A DNA stretch of 64,000 nucleotides from Carcharhinus amblyrhynchos (Eukaryota): assembly GCA_965287045.1 (NCBI GenBank), contig OZ336888.1:16554001-16618000 (forward strand). Reading direction: 5' to 3'. Position 1 is the first letter of the stretch; each line of letters begins with the position of its first letter. A program made the translations under genes and the position numbers. Below, piece after piece: positions 42,201-57,200 of the stretch. A model generated the notes under the pieces. That model saw only the letters and a program-made list of their open reading frames with translations. It was not told the DNA's origin and did no database searches.

Positions 42201-45200
42201 AAGGGAAATGGAAGAAATTCTTGCTCTTTGAATGAAGGTAGATCCGAGGCGGGAGCTGAGGTGAAATGATGTCCACATAAGCGTTCATACCAGTGCGCTG
42301 TTGTGAAATTCCCCTTTTAGACAATGCCCGTCCATTGGTACTGTCTTGTCGCCCTTTCCATGTGGGTGGAAAGTAGCTGTAGTCAGTATGTTCCTCATTC
42401 TTGCTGCCTTATTGTGAATTCAGTAAGCTAATGTTGGAAGTCTATTAATACAGCTGGATTTCCAGTCAGAGTGCAGTGGTTTTGAATAATTCTCTTTTCC
42501 TGTAGAAGTGACAACTACAACAAAAGGTACAACAGCTTCATCAACAACAGGTAATTGAGATTTTCCTTCAATATTGAATCTCCCTATTAGACACGCCCTC
42601 GGTTTCGATGATGACTTCCTTCCACTAAGGATCATGGGGATTGATGGGGCTGTTTGATGTCATGAGGAATCCTTCGGGACAGCCCTGAGGTGTTTCTGCT
42701 GTCCCGCAGGGGTCTCCTTCTATCACCGCATTCTGGGGAAAGCCGTTGCTTTGGGAATCTGGTGTCAGGCAATCAAATGTCATCTCCTGCCCAGCAGAAG
42801 TGGTTACGTGTAATTGTTGCCTGACTGCTGAATATCTTGTCTTGGGAGAGGATGCTGTTGTTGGAAAGCCTTTCTTGCCACAGATTAGGAGGACCTTGCA
42901 AAGACACTCGTGTTACAATTCTCCAGTGTTTTGTGGTGGCTGCTGTGGGTTGTCCAATTTGACAAAGCAGAAAAGAGTGTGGTGCTCTGTGCTGTGCGAT
43001 AAGCCAAAACCTTAGCCTCTTGTTTGTCGTACAGGACCTCAATAATCTTTTCAAATCCTCTTCCAAGTGCACCTTGATCACCATTGGCTCAGACAATTCC
43101 AGTCCAGCAATTCAGTCCTTTAGCCTGATCCAATTCCTTTGGGATGGAGTTCTTTGTAAAGTTCAGTATTCTCAATCTGCAATCAGTGACGTTTTCACAT
43201 TCACAAAAACAGTGTTGTGACAAGCTCACCCCTGGGAGGTTTCTCTCTCGGAAAATCAGATTGTTAATGTTTCAACAGTTTGATCTGTAAATTTGATCCT
43301 TTTGTCCCATTCTGTGTCCTTTTGTGGCTGCTTATTCTAACACATTTTCAGCATAATTTTCAATCCAGTTCGTAAACTGTACAGTTTGTTCTTCGTGCTG
43401 GTGCTCATAGACATTTCCATTCCAAAAGAATTATTTCCAGATGTTGTCAAAGTTGCTGCCTTGATATCGTGTTGATATTATGGATAAGTTAATTCATTAT
43501 GATGAGAAAATATGTTTCCAGCATTTCAAATGCAGTCTGGCTGTTCTCACATCCGACATTGCCACTTTTGGTTAGTCCATGAGTGTCTGATATATTCTCC
43601 GACATTTCTGCTTTTCTCTTCCAGAGATCGTCTGCCACGGCCATTGGTCACCCTGGATTAATGAACATACACCTTCTAAGGACAGCCCTGGCGATTATGA
43701 ATTGCAGAATCCCAACAAAACAAAATATTGTTCCTTCCCTTCGGAAACAATTGTGGACATTCAGTGTCAGTTTGTTGACCAACCGGACAAACCAATAAGC
43801 CAGTCACCAGACAATGTGACATGCGACAAAGACAAGGGCCTCACCTGTGTACTCTCTCAAAGTGCTGTGGAGCAGAACAGATTTTGTTATGACTACAAAG
43901 TGCGCGTTTGCTGTGAGCCAGTAACAGGAATGACCACAACGTCCCCCACTACATCTTCCACTCCTGGTAAGTGAGAAATGTACCAATGAGTTCATAATAT
44001 TTTCAGATTCAATCCAGCTTGTTTTTGACCAAAAAGCAAATGAAGAAATCTTGATACCCAGTGAGTAGCTGTAATCACCAATTTCTTGAAGATTTGTGCT
44101 TCATATCAATAACGTATCCCCGGTGTAAAATTCACAACACTGTGGGAATTGGAATTTGGTGATTTTGAAAGTTATTTCTTTGTCTGCAGTGCCAACAACA
44201 ACAACAACAACACAGGAAACAACGACCACATCTGGGGAAACTACTACAACAGGTTAGTGCTGTCTCCTTTCAGTATTCACCAGCAAGTCTGTTCACAGCG
44301 GTGTGCTTATCCCATTTGCAGCTTCAGTGTTAGTTCATTCTTTCAGTCCTGCCCACACCTCCTTTTCGAAGGAAATGGTTGAAAATTTACTCAAATTTGA
44401 ATCATCAATTGGATTTGTGAACCTCACTTTTACACCAAGATCTATATGATGGTTTTCTGGTCAAACTCGACAGGAATATAATGGTGTTGACATTGTGGTG
44501 AATTGGTTTCATTCTTTTTCTTCTTCTTCAGGAAGGGTCACTATAACAGTGAAACCATCTACAGCTGGGCCCCCTCCGGGCTCCACATCGGGTGAGTAAC
44601 GGCTTCTTTTCTTCAACAGCAGCAAGAGCAGGAAACAAGTGCAATAAAAACAGATGGTGCTGGAAATATTCAGCAAGGCTGGCAAGACCTGCTGAGTATT
44701 TCCAGCACTTTCTGTTTGCACATCAGATTTCCAGCAAGCACAGCATTTTACATTTCATTCAGTGAAAAACTGTGTTTATCGATGTGTTTCCGTTTGGGTC
44801 AGTCAGAGGCCAAGCACTCCCGTGAACTGATGGGGATGTTTGATGTCATCAGGAATCCTTCAGGACAGCCCTGAAGTGTTTCTGTTGTCCCGCAGGGGTC
44901 TCCTTCTATCACCTTCTTCAGCAAGTTGATCCAAGGTGGGAGCTGAGGTGAAATGCTGTGCGCGTAAGCATTCACACCAGTGCAGTGTTGTCAAATTCAC
45001 CTTTTAGACAACGCCCGTCCATTTGTTTAGTCTTGTTGTTCTTTCGTTGTGGTTGCAAGTGAATGAATAGTTGAGGACACCTGAATCGCATTGTACTATT
45101 TCAAACATTAAATTTGCAACAAGCCAATGAAATAAATCTCACAATGGAACACTGCTGCCTTTTCTATTCTACGTCAGTTGATTTGATTGTGTTTCTTGTT

Positions 45201-48200
45201 CTTCAGAAGTGACCACTAAACCAGGGACACCAATTACAACCAGCTCCACTACCAGCTCCACACTGGGTGAGTGACGGCTTCTTTTGATGCACAGCAGCAA
45301 AACCAGAGGCAAAAACTGTTCAGTTGGAACATGTTCCAGGCAGTGGAAAGACATTACTTTGTACTTTTTCACCGTGAATTTTCGTATTCAGGTCAGAATT
45401 CCAGCAGCACCGCTCTTGGGATGAAAAGGATGAATGGATATGGGGTTAAGGGGGAACAGGATATTGAATTTGATGATCCACCATGATCAAAATGAATGGA
45501 TGAGCAGGTTCCAAGGTCCGAATGGCTTCTAGTTTCTATGTTTACGTTTTCTTCAATGAAACAAATGATCTTGTTTCAACACACATTAGAGGTTCATCAT
45601 TTCACCATGGGGAGGCACTGTGACCATACTTTCCAAAGGGAAATGGAAGACATTCTTGCTCTTTGAATGAAGGTAGATCCGAGGTGGGAGTTGAGGTGAA
45701 ATGCTATGCGCATAAGCGTTCATACCAGTGCGCTGTTGTCAAATTCCCCTTTTAGACAATGCCCGTCCATTAGTACTGTCTTGTCACCCTTTCCATGTGG
45801 GTGGAAGTGATTGAATATTTGAAGCCAACTAAATCCAGCTGTTATATTTGAAATAGAACCAAAACAATGCAGATGCGGGAGATCGCGAATAAAAACAGAA
45901 CATGTTGAAAGAACTCAGCAGGTCTGGCAGCATCTGTGGAGAGAAACAGATTTAATATTTTGGATCTAGATGATCCTTCTATGTCTCCTGTTCCCCCAAC
46001 ACTGGTGCCATAGGTAAGAAAGCCCATCAAAGCCCCTACTTTCTCAGAAGGCTAAAGAAATTCAGCATGTCTGCTACCAGCTTTGATAGAAGAATCACAG
46101 AAAGCATCCTTTCCAGCTCTTTTGCAACTTGGTATGGATTCTGTTCTGTCCAAGACTGCAAGAAACTTCAAAAGGTGGAAACGAAGCCTCGTCCACCATG
46201 CAAATAGTCTCCTATCCATTGACACTGTCCATACTTTCCACTTCCTCAAAAAAGCAGCCAGCATAATTAAAGACCGCATACATCCGGAACATTCTCTCTT
46301 CCACCTTCCACTGTCAGCAAAAAAACCTGAGGACACTCACCAACCAACTCAAGAACACCTTCTTCCCTGCTGCCACCAAATTTTGGATCATGGGATGGCA
46401 GATGAGTCCAATGGACAATCTGCACATTATATTAATTTGATCTTTCTCTACACCCTAGCGATCACTGTAACACGATATTAGGCTCTGTTTCCTTTTCTTC
46501 TCCCCTGAGTACTCTACGAACAATATTCTTTGTCTGTGCAGTGTGCCAGAAACAATACTTTTCAACCTATACTAATAGATGAGACAGTAATAAATCAAAT
46601 CAAATCAAAACAAATCCTTCTGCAGAAAGATCATTCAGATCCAAACCGTGAACTCTCTTTCTTTCCTCAAATGCTGGCAGATCCGCTGAGTTCATCCAAC
46701 ATTTTCAGTACTTATGTTCTATTCTAAACAGCATGTTTGCAGCAAAGCCAATCAAATGAACCTTGCAGTGGAACAGTGTTTGCTTTATGTCACATTTCAT
46801 TGTGTTTCTTATTCTTCAGAAATCATCACTACAACAGTCAAACCAACAACAACCAGTTTCACTACCAGCTTCACATCAGGTGAGTGAAAGCTTCTTTTGA
46901 CACACAGTAGCAAAACCAGTGTTGCAAACTGTTGAGTTGGAGCAATTTCCAGGCAGTAGAAGGACACTGCTTCACACTTATTTCTAGTTAGTCCCTGACT
47001 TCCCAAGTGAACTGGTTCAAAACGGACTGATTCAGATGAAGCTCAATGAGAACGTGCACATGAGGAGAAATGCTTTCTCTGTGTTTGTGTGTGTACTGTT
47101 CTCTCCTAAAATCTACTTGCTCAATAATATTTCCTGAACCTGTTCCGAAATATCAGCCTGATATTGGAATAATTTCTCCAATGTGCATGACACGATGATG
47201 CTGATATGCAGCATCTTTGTCAAAGTTCATCAGTTTCCATGACAGATCTTGTCAATGGATCTTCCCCTTAGCATGGTATGATTGCTAATATTCTTCCATT
47301 TTCTTCTCTCGCTCAGTAATTTAGAACATTTCTGAAACAATAACAAATTTGTAAAATTTGTCTTTCTCCTGTTCAGCTTTGCCTCTTTATTCTCCAAGTT
47401 AGTTGAGCCCGTCACTAGCTGTAGTCAGTATGTTCCTCATTCTTGCTGCCTTATTGTGAATTAAATAAGCTAGTGTTGGAAGTCTATTAAAGTTATTTCT
47501 TTGTCTGCAGTGCCAACAACAACAACAACAACACAGGAAACAACGATCACATCTGGGGAAACTACTACAACAGGTTAGTGCTGTCTCCTTTCAGTATTCA
47601 CCAGCAAGTCTGTTCACAGCGGTGTGCTTATCCCATTTGCAGCTTCAGTGTTAGTTCATTCTTTCAGTCCTGCCCACACCTCCTTTTCGAAGGAAATGGT
47701 TGAAAATTTACTCAAATTTGAATCATCAATTGGATTTGTGAACCTCACTTTTACACCAAGATCTATATGATGGTTTTCTGGTCAAACTCGACAGGAATAT
47801 AATGGTGTTGACATTGTGGTGAATTGGTTTCATTCTTTTTCTTCTTCTTCAGGAAGGGTCACTATAACAGTGAAACCATCTACAGCTGGGCCCCCTCCGG
47901 GCTCCACATCGGGTGAGTAACGGCTTCTTTTCTTCAACAGCAGCAAGAGCAGGAAACAAGTGCAATAAAAACAGATGGTGCTGGAAATATTCAGCAAGGC
48001 TGGCAAGACCTGCTGAGTATTTCCAGCACTTTCTGTTGGCAGATCAGATTTCCAGCAAGCACAGCATTTTACATTTCATTCAGTGAAAAACTGTGTTTAT
48101 CGATGTGTTTCCGTTTGGGTCAATCAGAGGCCAAGCACTCCCGTGAACTGATGGGGATGTTTGATGTCATCAGGAATCCTTCAGGACAGCCCTGAAGTGT

Positions 48201-51200
48201 TTCTGTTGTCCCGCAGGGGTCTCCTTCTATCACCTTCTTCAGCAAGTTGATCCAAGGTGGGAGCTGAGGTGAAATGCTGTGCGCGTAAGCATTCACACCA
48301 GTGCAGTGTTGTCAAATTCACCTTTTAGACAACGCCTGTCCATTTGTTTAGTCTTGTTGTTCTTTCGTCGTGGTTGCAAGTGAATGAATAGTTGAGGACA
48401 CCTGAATCGCATTGTACTATTTCAAACATTAAATTTGCAACAAGCCAATGAAATAAATCTCACAATGGAACACTGCTGCCTTTTCTATTCTACGTCAGTT
48501 GATTTGATTGTGTTTCTTGTTCTTCAGAAGTGACCACTAAACCAGGGACACCAATTACAACCAGCTCCACTACCAGCTCCACACCGGGTGAGTGACGGCT
48601 TCTTTTGATGCACAGCAGCAAAACCAGAGGCAAAAACTGTTCAGTTGGAACATGTTCCAGGCAGTGGAAAGACATTACTTTGTACTTTTTCACCGTGAAT
48701 TTTCGTATTCAGGTCAGAATTCCAGCAGCACCGCTCTTGGGATGAAAAGGATGAATGGATATGGGGTTAAGGAGGAACAGGATATTGAATTTGATGATCC
48801 ACCATGATCAAAATGAATGGATGAGCAGGTTCCAAGGTCCGAATGGCTTCTAGTTTCTATGTTTACGTTTTCTTCAATGAAACAAATGATCTTGTTTCAA
48901 CACACATTAGAGGTTCATCATTTCACCATTGGGAGGCACTGTGACCATACTTTCCAAAGGAAATGGAAGAAATTCTTGCTCTTTGAATGAAGGTAGATCC
49001 GAGGTGGGAGCTGAGGTGAAATGATGTCCACATAAGCGTTCATACCAGTGCGCTGTTGTGAAATTCCCCTTTGAGACAATGCCCGTCCATTGGTACTGTC
49101 TTGTCGCCCTTTCCATGTGGGTGGAAAGTAGCTGTAGTCAGTATGTTCCTCATTCTTGCTGCCTTATTGTGAATTCAGTAAGCTAATGTTGGAAGTCTAT
49201 TAATACAGCTGGATTTCCAGTCAGAGTGCAGTGGTTTTGAATAATTCTCTTTTCCTGTAGAAGTGACAACTACAACAAAAGGAACAACAGCTTCATCAAC
49301 AACAGGTAATTGAGATTTTCCTTCAATATTGAATCTCCCTATTAGACACGCCCTCGGTTTCGATGATGACTTCCTTCCACTAAGGATCATGGGGATTGAT
49401 GGGGATGTTTGATGTCATGAGGAATCCTTCGGGACAGCCCTGAGGTGTTTCTGCTGTCCCGCAGGGGTCTCCTTCTATCACCGCATTCTGGGGAAAGCCG
49501 TTGCTTTGGGAATCTGGTGTCAGGCAATCAAATGTCATCTCCTGCCCAGCAGAAGTGGTTACATGTAATTGTTACCTGACTGCTGAATATCTTGTCTTGG
49601 GAGAGGATGCTGTTGTTGGAAAGCCTTTCTTGCCACAGATTAGGAGGACCTTGCAAAGACACTCGTGTTACAATTCTCCAGTGTTTTGTGGTGGCTGCTG
49701 TGGGTTGTCCAATTTGACAAAGCAGAAAAGAGTGTGGTGCTCTGTGCTGTGCGATAAGCCAAAACCTTAGCCTCTTGTTTGTCGTACAGGACCTCAATAA
49801 TCTTTTCACATCCTCTTCCAAGTGCACCTTGATCACCATTGGCTCAGACAATTCCAGTCCAGCAATTCAGTCCTTTAGCCTGATCCAATTCCTTTGGGAT
49901 GGAGTTATTTGTAAAGTTCAGTATTCTCAATCTGCAATCAGTGACGTTTTCACATTCACAAAAACAGTGTTGTGACAAGCTCACCCCTGGGAGGTTTCTC
50001 TATCGGAAAATCAGATTGTTAATGTTTCAACAGTTTGATCTGTAAATTTGATCCTTTTGTCCCATTCTGTGTCCTTTTGTGGCTGCTTATTCTAACACAT
50101 TTTCAGCATAATTTTCAATCCAGTTCGTAAACTGTACAGTTTGTTCTTCGTGCTGGTGCTCATAGACATTTCCATTCCAAAAGAGTTATTTCCAGATGTT
50201 GTCAAAGTTGCTGCCTTGATATCGTGTTGATATTATGGATAAGTTAATTCATTATGATGAGAAAATATGTTTCCAGCATTTCAAATGCAGTCTGGCTGTT
50301 CTCACATCCGACATTGCCACTTTTGGTTAGTCCATGAGTGTCTGATATATTCTCCGACATTTCTGCTTTTCTCTTCCAGAGATCGTCTGCCACGGCCATT
50401 GGTCACCCTGGATTAATGAACATACACCTTCTAAGGACAGCCCTGGCGATTATGAATTGCAGAATCCCAACAAAACAAAATATTGTTCCTTCCCTTCGGA
50501 AACAATTGTGGACATTCAGTGTCAGTTTGTTGACCAACCGGACAAACCAATAAGCCAGTCACCAGACAATGTGACATGCGACAAAGACAAGGGCCTCACC
50601 TGTGTACTCTCTCAAAGTGCTGTGGAGCAGAACAGATTTTGTTATGACTACAAAGTGCGCATTTGCTGTGAGCCAGTAACAGGAATGACCACAACGTCCC
50701 CCACTACATCTTCCACTCCTGGTAAGTGAGAAATGTACCAATGAGTTCATAATATTTTCAGATTCAATCCAGCTTGTTTTCGACCAAAAAGCAAATGAAG
50801 ATTTCTTGATACCCAGTGAGTAGCTGTAATCACCAATTTCTTGAAGATTTGTGCTTCATATCAATAACGTATCCCCGGTGTAAAATTCACAACACTGTGG
50901 GAATTGGAATTTGGTGATTTTGAAAGTTATTTCTTTGTCTGCAGTGCCAACAACAACAACAACAACACAGGAAACAACGACCACATCTGGGGAAACTCCT
51001 ACAACAGGTTAGTGCTGTCTCCTTTCAGTATTCACCAGCAAGTCTGTTCACAGCGGTGTGCTTATCCCATTTGCAGCTTCAGTGTTAGTTCATTCTTTCA
51101 GTCCTGCCCACACCTCCTTTTCGAAGGAAATGGTTGAAAATTTACTCAAATTTGAATCATCAATTGGATTTGTGAACCTCACTTTTACACCAAGATCTAT

Positions 51201-54200
51201 ATGATGGTTTTCTGGTCAAACTCGACAGGAATATAATGGTGTTGACATTGTGGTGAATTGGTTTCATTCTTTTTCTTCTTCTTCAGGAAGGGTCACTATA
51301 ACAGTGAAACCATCTACAGCTGGGCCCCCTCCGGGCTCCACATCGGGTGAGTAACGGCTTCTTTTCTTCAACAGCAGCAAGAGCAGGAAACAAGTGCAAT
51401 AAAAACAGATGGTGCTGGAAATATTCAGCAAGGCTGGCAAGACCTGCTGAGTATTTCCAGCACTTTCTGTTTGCATATCAGATTTCCAGCAAGCACAGCA
51501 TTTTACATTTCATTCAGTGAAAAACTGTGTTTATCGATGTGTTTCCGTTTGGGTCAGTCAGAGGCCAAGCACTCCCGTGAACTGATGGGGATGTTTGATG
51601 TCATCAGGAATCCTTCAGGACAGCCCTGAAGTGTTTCTGTTGTCCCGCAGGGGTCTCCCTCTATCACCTTCTTCAGCAAGTTGATCCAAGGTGGGAGCTG
51701 AGGTGAAATGCTGTGCGCGTAAGCATTCACACCAGTGCAGTGTTGTCAAATTCACCTTTTAGACACCGCCCGTCCATTTGTTTAGTCTTGTTGTTCTTTC
51801 GTTGTGGTTGCAAGTGAATGAATAGTTGAGGACACCTGAACCGCATTGTACTATTTCAAACATTAAATTTGCAACAAGCCAATGAAATAAATCTCACAAT
51901 GGAACACTGCTGCCTTTTCTATTCTACGTCAGTTGATTTGATTGTGTTTCTTGTTCTTCAGAAGTGACCACTAAACCAGGGACACCAATTACAACCAGCT
52001 CCACTACCAGCTCCACACCGGGTGAGTGACGGCTTCTTTTGATGCACAGCAGCAAAACCAGAGGCAAAAACTGTTCAGTTGGAACATGTTCCAGGCAGTG
52101 GAAAGACATTACTTTGTACTTTTTCACCGTTAATTTTCGTATTCAGGTCAGAATTCCAGCAGCACAGCTCTTGGGATGAAAAGGATGAATGGATATGGGG
52201 TTAAGGGGGAACAGGATATTGAATTTGATGATCCACCATGATCAAAATGAATGGATGAGCAGGTTCCAAGGTCCGAATGGCTTCTAGTTTCTATGTTTAC
52301 GTTTTCTTCAATGAAACAAATGATCTTGTTTCAACACACATTAGAGGTTCATCATTTCACCATGGGGAGGCACTGTGACCATAGTTTCCAAAGGGAAATG
52401 GAAGACACTCTTGCTCTTTGAATGAAGGTAGATCCGAGGTGGGAGCTGAGGTGAAATGATGTCCACATAAGCGTTCATACCAGTGCGCTGTTGTGAAATT
52501 CCCCTTTTAGACAATGCCCGTCCATTGGTACTGTCTTGTCGCCCTTTCCATGTGGGTGGAAAGTAGCTGTAGTCAGTATGTACCTCATTCTTGCTGCCTT
52601 ATTGTGAATTCAGTAAGCTAATGTTGGAAGTCTATTAATACAGCTGGATTTCCAGTCAGAGTGCAGTGGTTTTGAATAATTCTCTTTTCCTGTAGAAGTG
52701 ACAACTACAACAAAAGTTACAACAGCTTCATCAACAACAGGTAATTGAGATTTTCCTTCAATATTGAATCTCCCTATTAGACACGCCCTCGGTTTCGATG
52801 ATGACTTCCTTCCACTAAGGATCATGGGGATTGATGGGGATGTTTGATGTCATGAGGAATCCTTCGGGACAGCCCTGAGGTGTTTCTGCTGTCCCGCAGG
52901 GGTCTCCTTCTATCACCGCATTCTGGGGAAAGCCGTTGCTTTGGGAATCTGCTGTCAGGCAATCAAATGTCATCTCCTGCCCAGCAGAAGTGGTTACGTG
53001 TAATTGTTGCCTGACTGCTGAATATCTTGTCTTGGGAGAGGATGCTGTTGTTGGAAAGCCTTTCTTGCCACAGATTAGGAGGACCTTGCAAAGACACTCG
53101 TGTTACAATTCTCCAGTGTTTTGTGGTGGCTGCTGTGGGTTGTCCAATTTGACAAAGCAGAAAAGAGTGTGGTGCTCTGTGCTGTGCGATAAGCCAAAAC
53201 CTTAGCCTCTTGTTTGTCGTACAGGACCCCAATAATCTTTTCAAATCCTCTTCCAAGTGCACCTTGATCACCATTGGCTCGGACAATTCCAGTCCAGCAA
53301 TTCAGTCCTTTAGCCTGATCCAATTCCTGTGGGATGGAGTTATTTGTAAAGTTCAGTATTCTCAATCTGCAATCAGTGACGTTTTCACATTCACAAAAAC
53401 AGTGTTGTGACAAGCTCACCCCTGGGAGGTTTCTCTATCGGAAAATCAGATTGTTAATGTTTCAACAGTTTGATCTGTAAATTTGATCCTTTTGTCCCAT
53501 TCTGTGTCCTTTTGTGGCTGCTTATTCTAACACATTTTCAGCATAATTTTCAATCCAGTTCGTAAACTGTACAGTTTGTTCTTCGTGCTGGTGCTCATAG
53601 ACATTTCCATTCCAAAAGAATTATTTCCAGATGTTGTCAAAGTTGCTGCCTTGATATCGTGTTGATATTATGGATAAGTTAATTCTTTATGATGAGAAAA
53701 TATGTTTCCAGCATTTCAAATGCAGCCTGGCTGTTCTCACATCCGACATTGCCACTTTTGGTTAGTCCATGAGTGTCTGATATATTCTCCGACATTTCTG
53801 CTTTTCTCTTCCAGAGATCGTCTGCCACGGCCATTGGTCACCCTGGATTAATGAACATACACCTTCTAAGGACAGCCCTGGCGATTATGAATTGCAGAAT
53901 CCCAACAAAACAAAATATTGTTCCTTCCCTTCGGAAACAATTGTGGACATTCAGTGTCAGTTTGTTGACCAACCGGACAAACCAATAAGCCAGTCACCAG
54001 ACAATGTGACATGCGACAAAGACAAGGGCCTCACCTGTGTACTCTCTCAAAGTGCTGTGGAGCAGAACAGATTTTGTTATGACTACAAAGTGCGCATTTG
54101 CTGTGAGCCAGTAACAGGAATGACCACAACGTCCCCCACTACATCTTCCACTCCTGGTAAGTGAGAAATGTACCAATGAGTTCATAATATTTTCAGATTC

Positions 54201-57200
54201 AATCCAGCTTGTTTTCGACCAAAAAGCAAATGAAGATTTCTTGATACCCAGTGAGTAGCTGTAATCACCAATTTCTTGAAGATTTGTGCTTCATATCAAT
54301 AACGTATCCCCGGTGTAAAATTCACAACACTGTGGGAATTGGAATTTGGTGATTTTGAAAGTTATTTCTTTGTCTGCAGTGCCAACAACAACAACAACAA
54401 CACAGGAAACAACGACCACATCTGGGGAAACTCCTACAACAGGTTAGTGCTGTCTCCTTTCAGTATTGACCAGCAAGTCTGTTCACAGCGGTGTGCTTAT
54501 CCCATTTGCAGCTTCAGTGTTAGTTCATTCTTTCAGTCCTGCCCACACCTCCTTTTCGAAGGAAATGGTTGAAAATTTACTCAAATTTGAATCATCAATT
54601 GGATTTGTGAACCTCACTTTTACACCAAGATCTATATGATGGTTTTCTGGTCAAACTCGACAGGAATATAATGGTGTTGACATTGTGGTGAATTGGTTTC
54701 ATTCTTTTTCTTCTTCTTCAGGAAGGGTCACTATAACAGTGAAACCATCTACAGCTGGGCCCCCTCCGGGCTCCACATCGGGTGAGTAACGGCTTCTTTT
54801 CTTCAACAGCAGCAAGAGCAGGAAACAAGTGCAATAAAAACAGATGGTGCTGGAAATATTCAGCAAGGCTGGCAAGACCTGCTGAGTATTTCCAGCACTT
54901 TCTGTTTGCAGATCAGATTTCCAGCAAGCACAGCATTTTACATTTCATTCAGTGAAAAACTGTGTTTATCGATGTGTTTCCGTTTGGGTCAGTCAGAGGC
55001 CAAGCACTCCCGTGAACTGATGGGGATGTTTGATGTCATCAGGAATCCTTCAGGACAGCCCTGAAGTGTTTCTGTTGTCCCGCAGGGGTCTCCTTCTATC
55101 ACCTTCTTCAGCAAGTTGATCCAAGGTGGGAGCTGAGGTGAAATGCTGTGCGCGTAAGCATTCACACCAGTGCAGTGTTGCCAAATTCACCTTTTAGACA
55201 ACGCCCATCCATTTGTTTAGCCTTGTTGTTCTTACGTTGTGGTTGCAAGTGAATGAATAGTTGAGGACACCTGAATCGCATTGTACTATTTCAAACATTA
55301 AATTTGCAACAAGCCAATGAAATAAATCTCACAATGGAACACTGCTGCCTTTTCTATTCTACGTCAGTTGATTTGATTGTGTTTCTTGTTCTTCAGAAGT
55401 GACCACTAAACCAGGGACACCAATTACAACCAGCTCCACTACCAGCTCCACACCGGGTGAGTGACGGCTTCTTTTGATGCACAGCAGCAAAACCAGAGGC
55501 AAAAACTGTTCAGTTGGAACATGTTCCAGGCAGTGGAAAGACATTACTTTGTACTTTTTCACCGTTAATTTTCGTATTCAGGTCAGAATTCCAGCAGCAC
55601 AGCTCTTGGGATGAAAAGGATGAATGGATATGGGGTTAAGGGGGAACAGGATATTGAATTTGATGATCCGCCATGATCAAAATGAATGGATGAGCAGGTT
55701 CCAAGGTCCGAATGGCTTCTAGTTTCTATGTTTACGTTTTCTTCAATGAAACAAACGATCTTGTTTCAACACACAAAAGAGGTTCATCATTTCACCATGG
55801 GGAGGCACTGTGACCATACTTTCCAAAGGGAAATGGAAGACACTCTTGCTCTTTGAATGAAGGTAGATCCGAGGTGGGAGCTGAGGTGAAATGAGGTCCA
55901 CATAAGCGTTCATACCAGTGCGCTGTTGTGAAATTCCCCTTTTAGACAATGCCCGTCCATTGGTACTGTCTTGTCGCCCTTTCCATGTGGGTGGAAAGTA
56001 GCTGTAGTCAGTATGTTCCTCATTCTTGCTGCCTTATTGTGAATTCAGTAAGCTAATGTTGGAAGTCTATTAATACAGCTGGATTTCCAGTCAGAGTGCA
56101 GTGGTTTTGAATAATTCTCTTTTCCTGTAGAAGTGACAACTACAACAAAAGGAACAACAGCTTCATCAACAACAGGTAATTGAGATTTTCCTTCAATATT
56201 GAATCTCCCTATTAGACACGCCCTCGGTTTCGATGATGACTTCCTTCCACTAAGGATCATGGGGATTGATGGGGATGTTTGATGTCATGAGGAATCCTTC
56301 GGGACAGCCCTGAGGTGTTTCTGCTGTCCCGCAGGGGTCTCCTTCTATCACCGCATTCTGGGGAAAGCCGTTGCTTTGGGAATCTGGTGTCAGGCAATCA
56401 AATGTCATCTCCTGCCCAGCAGAAGTGGTTACGTGTAATTGTTGCCTGACTGCTGAATATCTTGTCTTGGGAGAGGATGCTGTTGTTGGAAAGCCTTTCT
56501 TGCCACAGATTAGGAGGACCTTGCAAAGACACTCGTGTTACAATTCTCCAGTGTTTTGTGGTGGCTGCTGTGGGTTGTCCAATTTGACAAAGCAGAAAAG
56601 AGTGTGGTGCTCTGTGCTGTGCGATAAGCCAAAACCTTAGCCTCTTGTTTGTCGTACAGGACCCCAATAATCTTTTCAAATCCTCTTCCAAGTGCACCTT
56701 GATCACCATTGGCTCGGACAATTCCAGTCCAGCAATTCAGTCCTTTAACCTGATCCAATTCCTTTGGGATGGAGTTATTTGTAAAGTTCAGTATTCTCAA
56801 TCTGCAATCAGTGACGTTTTCACATTCACAAAAACAGTGTTGTGACAAGCTCACCCCTGGGAGGTTTCTCTATCGGAAAATCAGATTGTTAATGTTTCAA
56901 CAGTTTGATCTGTAAATTTGATCCTTTTGTCCCATTCTGTGTCCTCTTGTGGCTGCTTATTCTAACACATTTTCAGCATAATTTTCAATCCAGTTCGTAA
57001 ACTGTACAGTTTGTTCTTCGTGCTGGTGCTCATAGACATTTCCATTCCAAAAGAATTATTTCCAGATGTTGTCAAAGTTGCTGCCTTGATATCGTGTTGA
57101 TATTATGGATAAGTTAATTCATTATGATGAGAAAATATGTTTCCAGCATTTCAAATGCAGTCTGGCTGTTCTCACATCCGACATTGCCACTTTTGGTTAG

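Larger units (their letters stand above)
44190..47510 (+). repeat. Unit 14, type II
   Basis: A 44190, B 44532, C 45207, E 46820. Confidence 0.95.
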